A stretch of 64,000 nt of DNA, from the NCBI GenBank assembly GCA_965235115.1, contig OZ249440.1:16926001-16990000 (forward strand), written 5' to 3'. This DNA comes from Laetmonice hystrix. Its lineage: Eukaryota. The translations under genes were made by a program, and so were the position numbers. Below the pieces are notes generated by a model. That model worked only from the letters and a program-made list of their open reading frames with translations. It had not been told where the DNA came from and did no database searches. Below are positions 9,559 through 25,260 of the stretch, piece after piece. Each line of letters begins with the position of its first letter. Within the stretch, counting starts at the first letter, position 1.

Positions 9559-12500
9559 CATGCTAACTGCCATCTTCCATTTGACCCAGTTTTCTATTCA
9601 CCCACTTTCAGTTCGGGGTCGTCCCCGCTGGAGTGTATGGTGGGGTTCTACAACCCCCTCCCCTTACCCGGGTTAGGGGGGGGTGGTGGCTGGGGGGAGG
9701 GGTCCCCCTAGGCTGAGTGCAGACTGGCTTAAAACACCCATCCGTCTCACAATCCCAGACAGAGAAGCCCTGGGCCAGCCCTGGGCCGTGGCCCTACGAT
9801 CTGGGGCCAGTCGTCACAACGGGAGGAGATCGACCACCAGCCCTGATGGGGTTTACAGTTTGTCTGCTGGCCAGATTGAGCTCAGGGCGGCCGGCCGGCC
9901 GGCATTCTAACCCTTAAACTGGTCTTCTCAACGATCTCACGTCCAACACTGATTATAGAATAATCCAAATATTACTCTCTCTACAGACTGGTATCTCTGG
10001 ACATGAAGATAAATCACACATAGCAGAGGGGATGACAGACCTAGGATGATGTTGACGATATGACAAATCGTGCACTTCTAGCGCTTACTGTTAAAGATTA
10101 CATATCCTATCCTTGACGCATGTTACAATTGTCAAACACATCCAACAAGAAACGAGGCCCTTCCACAGAAAGTCCCCTGTAGCATATGGACCCATATGGA
10201 CGCCCTCCCTCCCTCTCCCGACTGACGACAGCTGGCCGGAGGCGGGGGGGGGGGGTTGACCTCGGACACTACTCCGGCCATGGCCTGCAGGCATTGACCG
10301 TATTACCCGCCATACAAGTGGAAGTAAATTGGCAGGACGGGATCATAAGCCCGCATATTGCACTGTGCCCCGCTCCCGGTGCCAGACGGGCACACATAAA
10401 GTCACCCGTCCGGCGGAGCGTGCACCCCATCCCCTCCCCATCATCGTTCGACCCCCTGACCCCTAACGTGACTTACTGCCACCGTGATTCCAGTGTAGTG
10501 TCCTTGTGCTAACCTTCCTTGTTCCTTTTATGGTCCATTGTTTTAAGAGGTTGAGAAGTCACTCACTTCATCTCGCTACGTTTTCAGAGACAAAATGCGT
10601 AAATCCGTTGAAAAACATTTTCTTTTACTGCTATTGAAATGTAGTTTTGGGAAGGAACAAAATAATCTGTTAACCAATAAAATGTAAGTCAGTATGACCA
10701 TTTAACCTGCGAAATCCGATTTTTTTTTATAAGTAGCATGAACGAACATATAAATATAGGACATCCATGCACAAAAATAATATTTTCTTCACTGCAAGCA
10801 TAGTGTCATTACATCAATGGGCCCATTGATAACGTTGGAACCGTTTATGTATAGTTCCTCTATACTGTCAGCAACGAAAAAAGTCAATCCTTACAAACTG
10901 TCCCTTTTTACACTGGCATCTCCCAAAGACAAGCTAACAAAATGTCCTGATAGACACAGAGCCACTCGGTGTCGTCCTCGTGAACGAACCGTTACACGGT
11001 ACCATTTAATACATCATGTAGGTCTATACTTGTACTCCTATCATGGTTCCAGCCCTCTCTAAACAATTCCCCAGGAAGTGCGTATTAACTGGTGACTTGC
11101 TGTAAGAACACCAAGCAATCAGACTGTCCTTGTCATTTCAATACACTCGGCTGGCAGACAGAGAGACAGAGAGAGAGATGGGAGAGAAGTGGTGTCGGGT
11201 ATAAAGCCAACTACTCCTCGTTCGCTCATGTTGTTTTGTGTATTCATAGTCCCGCCTCTATCGGCCCAGAGCAGTACATACTGACTGGATCCAATCACTA
11301 GCCTCACAATACACATTGCCAGTGTGTATTGTCACCAGATGATGAAGACGGGGCGAGGCAAGGTGAGAGGCCACGGACTATAATTATTACACCAGACACG
11401 CGAAAAAAAACCCTGTTGGTTAATTAGGTCACATTTCAGTTTACACATTCAATTATCTTCCTATGGTTTTTTTAATAATAATATTTATGAAATTCGAGAC
11501 TCGTCTTCTTTCATTATGTTAACCCAGTAAGGTTACTTCCTCACAGTTGTCCTGATCCTCGTGTTAGCCACGATCGGTAAAGTTCATACTTGCATGTCTC
11601 GGCCACTGACACCTGATCATATGTTTTTTAGGCTGTTCTCGCCCATTGTATGCCCAGTTATCCGAATCAATGTTCACACCAGCCGGCTGAGAGGGGCGCC
11701 TTGTGCAGGTCTCACAGCTCCAGGTGTGCCCTTCCAGTCACTCAGGTAAAACGTGTTCACCCACGCACCCGTTCTAATCTGTGAGCAATCTCAATAGTTC
11801 CCGACTCGGCCACACAAACACAAGGTTCTACAATTAATACTAAAAAAAAGTATATCTGACCCCCCCCCCCCCCCCCCCCCGCGACCCACTAATTGATCCT
11901 AGGGGTGACCCCCCCCCTCTTTACACCACAAATACTACGATCCTAAGCTCCTCCCAGTGGCAACCATTCGCATCCAACATCAATCCTTTCCACGATCCAG
12001 AACTTGTCAGGTTTTTATATGGCAGGTATAAATTGTCGACATTTGACGTTAAATATTTCAAAAGTCGTATGTCGCAAGCTTTTGAGAGTACAGAAGAGTA
12101 AACATCTTAGTACTATTCTTAACATCTGTTGAAATTTTCAAGCTGGTATCTCAAACAATTCTTACGTGAGACAAAAATTGAAAGTGTGTCTCATTGACCA
12201 CCTGTTCAAGTAAAACCATGTAGGACGTTATTATAACTGAGTATGAAAGAACAATTTCTGAGATCGAGTTTTAATTTTGGTCTCAAGTAAGGACTATTTG
12301 ATATTATCAACTTGAAAAAGATATCAAGAATACCGAGTTGTTTACTCCTTATAATCATCAGAAGCTTATGACATAGGGGTCTTTCACATATTTCACGTCA
12401 CAGTTCGACCGTTTTTTTTTATGCCCACCCGATATATAGTCACTCACTGGATAACATTGCTTTAGTTGACAACCTCCCCCGCATTATGAACAAACCCGTG

Positions 12501-15500
12501 TGTGACGAGAGTTTAACCAGGTATAGACAACCACGGGAGTATGTCTCAGCCCTGACCGAAACTGCTCAGACACATCCGTATTTCCCGCCCTCTTCAAAAC
12601 AACCTCCCCTTTCTGCAATGCCACCAGTGTTGCGTAGTTTTTCCCCACCACCGTATCATATTACCCGGTGTGTTTATGTTTTTTTGATTGGGACACTCCA
12701 TCAATGCTGGCTGCCCGGAACTCATTGGACCCGGGTGTGCAATCAGCGTGGCGTGGTAGTTTAATGAGGAGACCGGCCAAGACGAGGTGTTCCGGCCAGC
12801 AGGACCTCCTGATCAGTTAGTTACTAGTTTCCTGTGGACAGACTCTCTCCTCCCCTTCCTTCGCCCCACTCCTGTAGGCATCCCCCGGAACCAGTGATTG
12901 CCCGCCAAGCCTGTCCGGCCTGTAAATTCCTATCACCATTAGGATTCAGTGGAGGTGTGAGTACAAATCGTAGCTAGCGTAACAGCTCGCCACTTCCAAC
13001 ATGTCCAAAACACCTGAACCACCGCCGACTTGCCCCTGGGCGGGGTTCCAAATTATTCTCACAAGGCTATAACATATATTCACCTTCTGACAATAGCAAC
13101 ATATCCTTTTCCTTATACCATTAATAAGTCCACTCAAGGCATGATACGTCATCTTCTGATGACAGCGAAATGTCCTTTCATTTGTCATCTTTTATATTTC
13201 AACTACCCACTACTGGTTACGCCTCGTAGTTGGCAGTGCCAGGGACCAATATGGGTGAAATACAACGGCGTCCAATATTAAGCAAGAGTTGTATATGACC
13301 AGCTCAACCCCATCAACAATACAGCGAAACTTGACGTGTAGACATTTTCGGAGGTCAAACCACTTTCTGGCAGACTGACCTCTGGAGTCGATGAGAGGCC
13401 ACGCAGTCGGTATTCAGTTTCAGACATCCAATTAGCAAGTTGAATGTTGATGTATCATGCGGGTTGGGATTCAACCGAGCACAAAATGCTCCTAAACCGT
13501 TGTTTTATTGGGACTGTCCGTGGGTGGAGGCAGGTCGGCACGACCATGCTCACCGACCGGTCATCTCTCTAAGTGATTTTCTGTGTGAACTGCTATAAAA
13601 CATCTCAGGACTGACTCCTCAGTCAGACAATGGCATGCAATCGCTGATTGGCTCTGAGCAAGGCGGGGGATTATCCATTTGGGTATTCAACGCTGGGGAT
13701 AAGATGCTCTCTGAACGAACACTCGGGTTTGTGTACGGCGTGGGATTCAGCAGGGAAACCGATTACGTGGCGGCTTCTTTCTCTGCAACAAATCCGACAC
13801 TAAAATGTTTAAGATAACACCACCGGCGCAATATACTCACATCTTCAATGGAAGACTTGCTCGTAAATCAGTTACTTCAAGGATCTAATACATAACTTTA
13901 TATGCTTTTTAGTTCCCTACAATTGATATTCTAGTGTAATGTCCTATGATATTACGCGTAATTAGACCTTTCTTGGGGGAATTCCATTCTGAGGTTCACT
14001 GTATGGTCAGACTCAGACAGTATTGCTCCTCTATAATAAAAGTTTGCCGGAAGCAGTTTATTTTGCCATCCCTTAAGCCTACTAACATGCAAGAAAATCC
14101 TGATCACCAACGTCAGATCGGTTCTTGTTCTCATGTTTTATTCAGGAGGTAAGAGAAGATGTTTACGGCGGAGACTTTTGAGTGTAGCTTACTGTGCCAA
14201 CCTTGTAGCTTTTCTATGGGCGGGCGGGCGGGCTCCCTTGCATGGCTTCAAGCTCGGAATAAGCAATTTCCAATGGCCTCATCTCATGTAAAACCCCACC
14301 CATTTCTTCATCCGCTCGGCATTCACATAGAGCGGAATATCAGCCACTGCCTTTGCTGCACTGAGCGGTAATACAGGGACCTTATCGTGGGAGGGGAGGG
14401 GGGTCCTAGGCTGGTCTCTCCCTTGGTAAGAAGCCGCCAGCTTCGTATTCACACTGGCCTGAGATTGTGCTTGGAATCCGGTGGTGGCCGGCAGAAAAGG
14501 CCCCAGTTGTAAGCCTGTTACCAAGCGGAGCCGGCTGGCTACCTTCAGTGTGGGGTCTGTCCATGCAAGCTGCGGCAGCCCTATCCACCCCCAACCCTCC
14601 CCTTCCATCCCACCCCCGGGTGTCCGGCTTACCAGGTGGTGCACTGGAGGAGCAGGTGGACCCTGTCAGTAAACTAAGTCGGTCCGCCCTGACGGCTCAC
14701 CCCCACTGGAGGAGGGCTAGGCCAAATCTCCGCCCTGTTATACTGCTCCATGTTGGGTCGCCAGGGCCCACAGGACAACCAGGCGATCATAAAATTCCAG
14801 AATACCCATTTTCAGGTTTAACCATTCTCCCCTAGTTCAGTTCTCCACCGACTTCTCCACAGGTGTTAATGACCGCGGCCTCTGGTGATACATCCCCAAT
14901 GTAGCACGAATTCGGCTAACTTCCTCGCATCTGAATATCCTAATCATGAAACGCGAAGCATGGCATCACCCAAGTAGACACGACAGCCATTAAGTGAAAT
15001 CCTTCAACTTGGAGTTAGCCCAGGATTTTGAACTATATGTCAGGGAAGCCCTAGGATAGCGTATTACATGGAGGTGTGCCCGTCCGATGGGACAACCATT
15101 TACACCACCTACAGCCTCATCATACACACTCTATATTCATATACTACTTAGACTGCGACGAAATTTAATACTCAAGCTCACACGAGCTTTAAGCTTCAGA
15201 AGTAAAGTTGGACTCAAGCTTCGCAAAAAAAAACGGGCCCTGTAGCCCCTTGAATTTGCACAGTTAACGCGGCTGCTATAGTGTCGTAGCTAACAGTGAA
15301 TGCCTACTACTGATGTGCTCTCGTTGGTAAATTATGCATGTTTGTATTTCACGTGCTGATGTTGTTGAAGGAGTTTGTGCGCGGGGCCGGCCTGGGTTGA
15401 CAGTTGTATAGCAGAACGAGGCCGGCGGGGGAGTAGGGACTGTACTACAGCGGCACCAAGCTACAAATGATGCTTGACAGATGAACACTTACGAATTAAA

Positions 15501-18500
15501 CCGACGAGGCTGGGGGTGCCTCCTTCCTCGGCTATGTCTCCCGGGAGGCCCCGGCTTTGTGGCCGGGGTACAGATTGATGCTGGGAACAAACTTCCCATG
15601 TCCCCTCCCTCCACTATATTTAAGATAACCACGTCCCCTGCAATCTGCCTTGCCTGCCCGGCCCTGGAGACCTGGAGAAACGACTCCAGGGTCAGCGTGT
15701 GCGCCTGTCGTTATATGACTGAATATCATTATACAGGGAGTGGTGCACACCTCCAACAATACACACCGTCACCTGCATCAATGATTAAAGACCATCAACG
15801 ACCGACGGAATTCTCTCAAAATGAGGCCCTTCGCTGGAGCTTGGTCAACACATTCAACGGCTGTGTTCGTTGGTATGGTGTGGGTGGCACAGACTAAGAA
15901 CACCCGTCCATTTACAGCCTACACGTGGGGCACCATCACTTCACACCTTATACGTGTACTGACCGTCAATTGACACCCAACACGTGGCGGGACTATCCAT
16001 TTCCACCCATCACGTGAACAGGCCGTCCTGCCAGCAGTAAGACCGCCCCGAGGTGGGCGAACACAGTGGTCGAGTGCCCTAGGCCATCCCGCCCTGATCC
16101 ATCCCCATCCTGCCCCCGGTACCATCCAACACCACTGTCACATCCTACTGTCTGTGGAAGTCACAATGATGAAGAAACCCACTGCTGTGGCGGCCCGTGG
16201 TCAGTCAGGGGATACCTATAGATGACCCCTGTGGTCAAGGTGACCATCGCATCCATCAGGGTTTTGTACTGGAGAGGACGTGGGTGCGGTGGGTGGATGG
16301 GTTGGGGGTACAAGAGATGGATGGTTGATCCCATACAGCCGTACCCACCCTCCACCAATAACAGATCACATCCATCCACCATTGTCCACACCGGGTCCCA
16401 TTGTCTCCATGTGGGCCAGCACTGATTCAGTCCCCCGTCCAGGACAGAGGATGTCTCCCAACCCCCTGTCCCGGCACGCACGGTCCCCTCTCCCTGTGAT
16501 GAACGAGCCACAGCCCTCCGACCCCGGTCCTTGTCAGTGGGCTTTTCAGCTGCCAACACACCGGTGTTCAAAGTCGACTTGATCTCTGTAAACGACCCTC
16601 CATCAAAACTAATATCATTATGCGGTGGGACACGATCCAGATGGACCCGTGCCGCTCGCCCCCCCCCCCCCCCTTTGTAACACGTCACTATGGAACTATC
16701 GGCCGCCGGCTTTGGGGGAGAGGCAGTATCTACCGCGAGTTTATCTTCTCTGGGTGTTTTAGGTTGAACTAATTCAACTTCTCGGTGGCGTTCTATTTCT
16801 AAAGCTCCACCAGTGCGCGCCAGCGTTGATTCCATCCCGATTGAGCCCAGCACGGACGAGCGTTTGGTGAAGGTACTGTTAGCCCTGTTGGCCCGGTGCT
16901 AATTTATAAACGTGCAAGGTTTTTTGGAAGGGCGTACGGCAATGGCTTACGTAACCGTACGGTATTGTCTCCACGACCATGCAGCATGGGTTACGGGTCA
17001 GAGACAGGCAGTTCATTCCGTCATAATCTCCCCTCCATCTTAATTACAAAGGGATCGCACCTCCCCCAAGCCGTGGAGGAGCAGCCGATCAGGACAGTCT
17101 CCAGTATCTACAACCCTTATCTCCAGTGTCGTTTATTTTTGCTAACCCTATGTCACGATGATGTGGGCAGCTGGTGACAGGCTGTGGAGGCGTATACTCC
17201 AGTGGACAGAGAGGACCTCAGAGAGTCGATCGGTCCCCTATCTACCCAGACATGTATCATCCTCATCGGCTCTCACCATTCCCCGCCACCGCTTTCATAG
17301 TCAACAAAAACAACTTTCACCTCACACCATGTTCTTTTATACCCTGGGACACCCACATACTCCATCTATCCATGGAGTCATAATTGAATATGGGAGAGGG
17401 CGTCGGGGTTTATGAATCATTCAATGAATTCATCATTCTCCTCCGATAAGTGTAATTTTCTGCTCTTGTTAACAAAAATGCAGCCTTTTTTCTCTCATTA
17501 TTTTTATCTACAGTCTGTGGTCTTTCACTACCCTTCCATAGTGTACACGTGTCCCACAGAGAACGCCATACAAAATACAAAATAAAATCTGAAAACATAG
17601 TTTTTCACTTTTCAAATCAGGGGTAATCATGACCAATGAGACCTGACGTGAAAGCCCCATCCTCACTCTCTATCATTTAAGGCTGGGGATCCCTCCCGAA
17701 TACATCAATGAACAACCTGTCTCCGAGTTCTAACCTTCCGGTAATCCGTGACCACTTCAATCATTATGTGAGTTCTCGATGGCTAATTTTAACACTGCCA
17801 CGGGTTTAGAGAAGATTGCCCCAGATACTAGGTTACAAACAAACACAGGAAGGGCAATTTCAACAGGCCCAGGAACATTAATTTTATATTATCGAGTTCC
17901 CTGTAAAACTATCTGTTGTTGGGCAGAGTTGTCGGCAAAGTATTGGACTTTATGCACAAACTTTAAGAAGTGGCTGTATTACATCTGCTTTGTACTGTGG
18001 TGTTGACATTTAAAGCTAAGCATTGTATTCCGACCTGCAGCTGGTGAGAGAGTGTCAGTTATTAAAAGCATCACGACCGGTCGTCAAAAGAATGCCGTTC
18101 TTTAATAAAGATATCTTTTGAAAACTGAAATTCTATTCTAGTCAGAAAGGGCATTAGTTATGAGTTTGAGTTATAAGTGGGTGTTTTCTGGGTCCAAGGG
18201 GACACAGGACGGACCCCCCCCCCCCCTACCTCCACCGGATACGATCCGGGGGCGCCCAGGGTGAGGACTTCCTCCTCACCCTTGGAACCACCCACCCCCC
18301 ACCCAAACTTAGATCCGCCTGAGGGAACATTCCAACTGTGGGATCTGTAAACTACACGGCACTGAATCATGCAGCACTCTGCCGAGCATCTAGTTCTTGG
18401 TGCCATTAGGAAATTAAGCTTACAGCCCAGAAGGTCCGACTCCATAATTGGAAAGAAGTCTTCCTTCCATTCACTACATGACAGAGGACAGGTCGGTTTG

Positions 18501-19420
18501 ATTGGAAAACACTTAAAACGTTAATCTCTGACAGACAAAAAGGGCTTTGAAAGTCAGACTGGGGAGAACAGTGCCTGACAAAAATGACAATGACGACGCT
18601 GACTTTGATTCTGAAGTCAGATGATAGAGCAGCGTCTTTATTCGAGGAAAGTAAAGCGAACGTTCTCCTGTCAGACGTATACGTATGCGAGCCCTGATCG
18701 TAAATATTCGCCACTTAACGCATCTGAATGCGAGCGGAGAGGACAGCAATTGAAAGGGCCTGTCCGGTATATGACACGATGAATTAAATATCAGCGATCG
18801 CAGTCCCCCAGTGACAACGGCATTGGTAAGCAAGGAAACTGTCCTTGCCATGTAAATAGCTGAACGGCAATTGAATTCGAGATGAGCCGAGTTTTGGATG
18901 AGGCAATGGGCGCATGTAGATTGGCGGTGGAGTGCGCCTAGCAGAAGAGGCGCATTGGTATGCAGGCCTGGCGCACGTCAGCGGACGCTGCACGTGAGGC
19001 ATGTCAAGCACGCTGCCACATGCCGTGTCAGCTTCTTCATGCGGCTGGACACAGCGGCAGCAACCGGACAGCCGGACCATGCCAAAGGTCAAGTTATCTA
19101 AAGTGGACGAGCAAGTTGTCCGCCCATGGCCGTATCAGGGTGTTGATGTCTTCAAGGCCAGAAGATGTGAGGCAGTCAACAGTTTGACCTCACTTATACC
19201 CCACACCGAATGCTGACGGAGGCGGCCAGCTTGCTGACTTGGCATCACCATTCACGTTATCTCCATCTGTAATGCCCTCACCATCTGACGGCCTTTCTTA
19301 TTCCGGTGGAGGAAGGGGGTTGATTGAAGCTGACACGCTTCCGTCAACATCTCTTTGTACCTTAACCTTCACGTATCCCTCGCCTGACAGACACGTAAAA
19401 ACTCTGTCAACTTAATGTCA

Positions 19421-19633
19421 TTACTTTTTCATCCTTCTTCCTCTGAAAAAAACAAACTTGACTTCAAGAATAAAGCATGCAATATTTCTCTCATGACCAA
19501 CCCTACGGATTTGCTGAATGGAACCGAATTTTAAGCCAATCCGGTGGACGACTCCAAAATTGCAATCAACTTTTTCGGGAACATCTTTAGAAGAATTATG
19601 ACTAACAAATTTCTTGCGAATGCATCCATTCAA
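19421..19633 (-). mobile_element. Possible decayed LINE ORF1-like fragment
   Basis: VHRIG...ILEVKFVFFRGR resembles the AHRIG...PIIVKF..R pattern of L1/L2-type ORF1 proteins; weak. Confidence 0.2.
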
Positions 19634-22600
19634 AATATTGCCTTGATGAAACAGTTAAATAATCGGGGGTTCCATTTCAGGGTAAGAAACAAAACGAACA
19701 GATTGACAGGCAGCCCGAGTAAATCTGTTTTGCTGACCAAGATTCTCTTTCATTAGAAAACTGACGGAATCAAACTCACGATGCCCTCTCCTCCCTCCAT
19801 CACTGCCGCCATTATCATTAGCCCTTCAGACGACCTTTCCTCAGAAGGTGCTGGACTATTTTCGGGACAATCAGAAAGATGGGGGTTTCCTGCCAAGCGG
19901 TAACCTCCCTCTCACATCCCAGACTCCTCTTCTCTCACCCTCCTTTTCCGTTGTCATTCAAAGAGATGGAGAACCCCTCATATGGCCGGGGGAGGGGGCA
20001 AGCAGGCCCTTGAGAAGAGGGGGTAAGGTGAAGGTGAGGGTAAAGGTCAGTGACTGGGATTCTCTGGGACGGTGGGCAGTCAGTCATATATCACTGCCTT
20101 CAGTCGACTGGGCCACTCATGTTGACCTCGTCATCCATTTACGGCTGAAGCCCAGAGAAAGTGATGTCCTTCCCGTGAGCCGGCCTTTACCAGAAAATCT
20201 GACCGACATTCACAGATTTTACTTGGTTTGGTTTTGACACAAGCCAAACGTTGTTTCTGCCTGTGCCGAAAGTCGGCCAACCCGCCCTAAGGCCCTTTTA
20301 TTCATGGAGCATCACCAGGGGAAAACGAGAACCCCATGTGCAGAAACCCAGAGCGGCATACCCAGGAGTGATTAAGGTAAAATTCCAACTACATGTACTA
20401 CTACTACTAGTCTACTATACTCTCTTCTTCACTGCGTGTACCACACCAACAGACGATTATAGTACTAGACCGCATATATCTACCCTTATGGGAAACGCTC
20501 TGCCGAGAAATTAGATATTTTCTTTTATTGTGGGCCCTTCATTGTCTAACCACTCAAGGTAATTAGCACTGAAGACGAGGGCAGCACAATTATAGTTAAT
20601 CTTATGGCGGAAAATTAAAATTTCTTTAGTGAATATAATTATAAATGCCTGTGTAGCTTGGATGACAACACTTCATACCATTTCAAGAAATATGCCTGTG
20701 ATAAAAAGTCTTTAAAACCAGTAACGCTTAAACCTCTCAGATACGGCGGTATTTTCATTGCAGGTGTAAGGTTTGGGTAATATAAAAGTGATGATGTTGC
20801 TTTCGAGTTTGACCGATGTAAATACACTGAGGCCTTTTGTTTAAGACCCTGCCGCTTTATTTGTGCGAGTTTTTACAGGGACCATTCAACCTCGCGGCAA
20901 TATGAAACAATGTTCGGATGGGCTGAAGATGATCTCATATAACTGTGGGCATCGTGTGGCGGCCGCATTAAGTAAGCTTGGGTCACATCATTAATCATAG
21001 AGAGCCATGATTACTTTCACTGAGTGCGGCAAACAGATAAGGGTCTATCTGCTATTTAATATGGCTGCTATCAACCCCCCGGTATATCAACCATCGCTGA
21101 GTCCTTTCAAACAGCCGCCCCTCCTGATGGCCGGGGTGGGGTGGAGACTTTTTTTTGTCCTCTCGCCCCTTTGCAGTGGTTGTTTCTGCCTGAAACAGCC
21201 GGCCAACCAATTAAGAATTGCCGTGTATTACGGGGTATCAGTTTTCGTTGTGGCTGTAGTCGGTGGCGAGGTAGGACGGAGGACAGGGTCGGTGATTCAT
21301 GGCCGACAGAACGGGCCGGCCCGCTGTCTCCATCCATCACTGGCCGCCTGTACATCGGAACACAATACAAATTACAGGCGTCATGGGCCGGCAATGGACC
21401 GACTCCAGGCTCCCGGCTTCACTATCTGGCCGGCTGGGGGATGGCCTGAAACTCCTCCTGGGGGTGGGGTGTGTGTTCTGTTGTAACTTGTGGGTGTTGG
21501 GCAGAGATCACTGGGCCAATCCCGACTTTCACTCACCCACCGGAGAGACTATCGTACTGATGGTACCGTCAACCCTGCGGCAGCCACACACCCCTCATAC
21601 GAGGGTTACGGGTGTCAGTGCTGAGACAATCTGTCCAACTTAATCAGGGCCACTTTGGGAACACGTCCCCAACATCAGCTATAATATAGAGGGAAAACAG
21701 AACGCCCCCGCTGCTCTCTATGGTGGAGTCGGAAAACTGCCCTTTTCATCTGGGTCACACACACACCCCTTGCCTCCCCAGGCTGGTCCTTAACTTGCTT
21801 AATCACACTAATGATCAATGCTGGCAGGGTGAATTTCAAAGATACCGGTGCATGACAACAAAAGCTGCGGTCCCTTGGCTGTGTTGTCCTCAGCAGCCAC
21901 CGTCCCTCCCCCCTCCCCCACGCCCTCCCACCGGGCGCCTCGTGTCCCCGCCTGCTGGCATGCATGCAGGGCGGGGCCGTCACCCAGTTACGGTGAACCC
22001 TACCCCTCTCACCCCCAACCCACCCCCACACGTGACGCCTTGATTCAATCTGCCACTCAGCGGTCACCGGGACTGATGGACCCAAGGTGTGGATGTGACG
22101 GGGTCTATCACAGCCACCCGCCTGGATCAGGTGAACCCCCCACCCCCACCCCACCCCATCCCCTGACCTTAATGAGTACCCTACTCGAGGTCACTAGCCA
22201 CCGGGTCAAAGCGACCCTTCCGTGCTCCGCTGTTGTCATGAACAGGGAGCGGTGGCCACGGAGGCTGGCCGGGTCGTGACCTCTCCTGGCAGCGGTCAGG
22301 TGAGAGAGCTTAGGAGGATTGAGGATGATACCTCCCACCCACCGAGTGAAGGGATTGCCTGGCTGTGAGGGTCGGAGCAGAACCAGGCCAAGGCCGTGGC
22401 GGCGCTATCATCTTCTGATCCCGAGGCTGAGTGGACCCTATCGTCGGCTGACCACAGCAAAGTGAACTCTCATGTCGGGCCATCCTACCGCTCACGCCAT
22501 TACTCAGACAGGCCTTCCATCATCAACGGACGACATGATTTGTCAGTTACTTGCTGTGATCGGTAGTTTTCTCCGTCTACTCCGGTTTCCTCCACTAGTC

Positions 22601-25260
22601 AAACTAAACGCCCTTTATATGACCATGGCTACTCCTGAGGCGCAAACCCATAATCAAAATGAAAATCCAAACGACCTGGCCACCCCCTTTCCCACCCAAC
22701 CAACTATCCCTGATCCAAGGCCAAATATCATTTGAACGACAAGACTCCCATATGGTAGCATTCTTTACGCTGCAACCAAACCACTGACACCAAAACTCCA
22801 ACTCTTCTTCATCTATAATACCCGACCGAGCTGACTACTGCCTCCTGCTTGCCCCCACACATTGCTAATTGCTCCTCCCTCTGTGATGGCCCGCTCTGTC
22901 CCCGCCTCTATTGCTCCAGTCATTACTCAGAGCCCGGTAAGTGTTTCCGAGCTGGGCCCAGATTCCGACAACCTCAAACTGACACGCCAAGATTTCTGTC
23001 CGTCCCAGCGTCCCACTTTCTGACCCCGAGCGGCGCCATGATCCATGCTCGTACTAATCAATTGCGTCCTTCCACTCCTTGTATGGCACTAATATGTTGA
23101 GACATCGTCGGTTTAATCAGCCGTCAACGAATGTAGGAGAAAGCTGTAATTATGACCAAAGGTATTGCCTTACACAAAAGGCATGACAAATTACTGTTGT
23201 GGTGCGGCGACTTGCTGGATTTTGATTGAGGCTAATGTCCCTAGGGTCGGTGGGTGGTCGACGACTGTCATCGTGGCTTACTCAGGAGAGGGCACCGTAA
23301 AGGAACCATGTAACGGAGTAAATTTCAACCAGAGTATCTGGTAAAAGCACCGACCTACAGCATGTATTATACTTTTATAGTGAACCGGCAGAGGTGGAAT
23401 ACTTGCACCAATAAACTTCTGGGTCCGCTCCCCTCTCGCCACTAATACAGAACACACGGACTCGCCGTAAAGCAGGGTGGGAGTTTGCGAACAAAGCCGG
23501 CCCCAGTTTTATGAACAGTCACCACCGTTGCATGCTTTATGCCCTGACGAAATGCGCCCCTAGAAGTCAGGAGCAGCAAATCACGGGCGAGCGAGCAGTA
23601 AAGCATGGTCAAGTCGGCTGTTTTGCGAGCTGGAAAAAGTTTGGGATATGGCCGGAGTGATGACTGAGGAGGAGTGAACTCTGAACTGGGCCCCTATTGC
23701 TGTCATCCGTGGGCGATCTATGACCAGTGAACACCATCCCGGCCCGCTAGCCCAGGGCCAGTGAACACCGTCCCAGCCCACTAGCCCAGGGTGAGGGCCG
23801 GGGGGGCGCACTCCGACTGGATCTAAGCGATTTGACCTTTCCGACGGGTCCAATAATTCTCTCCATGTCTTCGTGTTGACTAATATATCACCACTAAATC
23901 ATCATTTTGTCTTTTTCCTCTCCTCCGAGGTAAAGCCATCCTAGAATTTACCCCACTCGTCTAAACGCTTCTACAACTTACTGCATACTCTGGCCCTATT
24001 TCAATATCGTATATCAGCTTAACCTCAGTGCAACCCTCTCTGATAAAAGAAGGCCACTTTCCAATGGTGGAGACCAACCATACAATGGGACCTCCATGGC
24101 GTCACAGAGTCTCTGCAGCCTTCGTGCCCCACTAACTACCTCACCCCACGTCCCTCCCGTTACCTCCGGCTTGCGAGATCTGGGGTTCTTACCCCCCCCC
24201 CCACCGCTATCCACCTGACCAGGACGCTTCTATTCATCATCATTACCGGCGGCAGGTGCTACAGCCGCCATGTTTGCAGGTTCGTTTAGTCCCCTGTGAC
24301 GAATCAAACATCTTCCGTCCAACGCCCCGTCCCGGGGTTTACAACCAACCACGAACACGCCCGTGCTCTACACACCGTATACAAACGGCCTATACTAACT
24401 GCACTGCATGGATGACATCAGTTTATAAGTTGCACATTACATGTAAGATTTGACAAATAGGAGCTATAGTGTCGGGGATAATTTTACGGGGAACTTATAC
24501 CCCCGCCCACGCTAAAAAAAACAAGATGAATCATGACATCTTGGCACTGATTTGACTAATTGGAACTACAGAAATGTGGTGAATTAATCGGAAAGAGCAG
24601 GACAGTACGAAGTATCTATCGGTGAGATACCGGTATACTGCAAACATGAAGGTCGTATGCTAAGGGCCCTACAAGATTTCAAACAGCAGCCTGGTACGCT
24701 GGAAACAGCAGTCCGGTCCGCTTGCTATACGGTCAGGATTGCTCTGGACTGTGGACCAGATAGTGTCACCCTCCCCGGTAGGTCACCGTGTTGGCTAATT
24801 GGCGCAGGAAGACGAGGGGCAGGGTTCGCTCCATAAGTCCTGCCTGGAGGTTGTCATTGAGTCGGGCAGGCATTCCCAGATCCGCCGCACCTTCCCCGGC
24901 GCGCCGCCTTTACCGGGAAATCACGCTGGCAACGGCTCAAATGTCCATCAATCGGTGAACCTAATGAGGTCATTTGTAACACCCTAACTGTCCTAGCCAT
25001 CCTCCCCACCCCTGGTCACCACGCCGACCCGTAATGCGGCCAATGTCCCTACTCTCTCCCTCTCTCTCCGGCCCCGCCGACACAGACGCCAGCCGGGAGG
25101 GGGTGAGGTTGTTGTGAAAGGAAACACTCTTCCCACAGCCACAGCTTTCACAGCCCACAGCCACGACTACAGGATCTCTTCTCTACAGGTTGCGCTCCTT
25201 CTCTCCATAATACCTGACTATGCCAATACACGTATATCTGTCCCCCTACCCCCAATCATA

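Noticed and set aside
14121-14154. Plus-strand ttcag|GAG|gtaaga, a 3-nt microexon-like arrangement
   Set aside because: It is antisense to CPEB and I found no partner exons for a plus-strand gene; compatible with chance.
14633-14662. 30-nt phase 1-1 exon candidate (GSTCSSSAPP)
   Set aside because: Poor acceptor (no real pyrimidine tract) and no homology.
16161-16853. Longest ORF (230 aa, minus strand)
   Set aside because: It runs through a C15 homopolymer, has no recognisable domain or CPEB-like sequence, and no convincing splice sites; expected by chance in GC-rich DNA.
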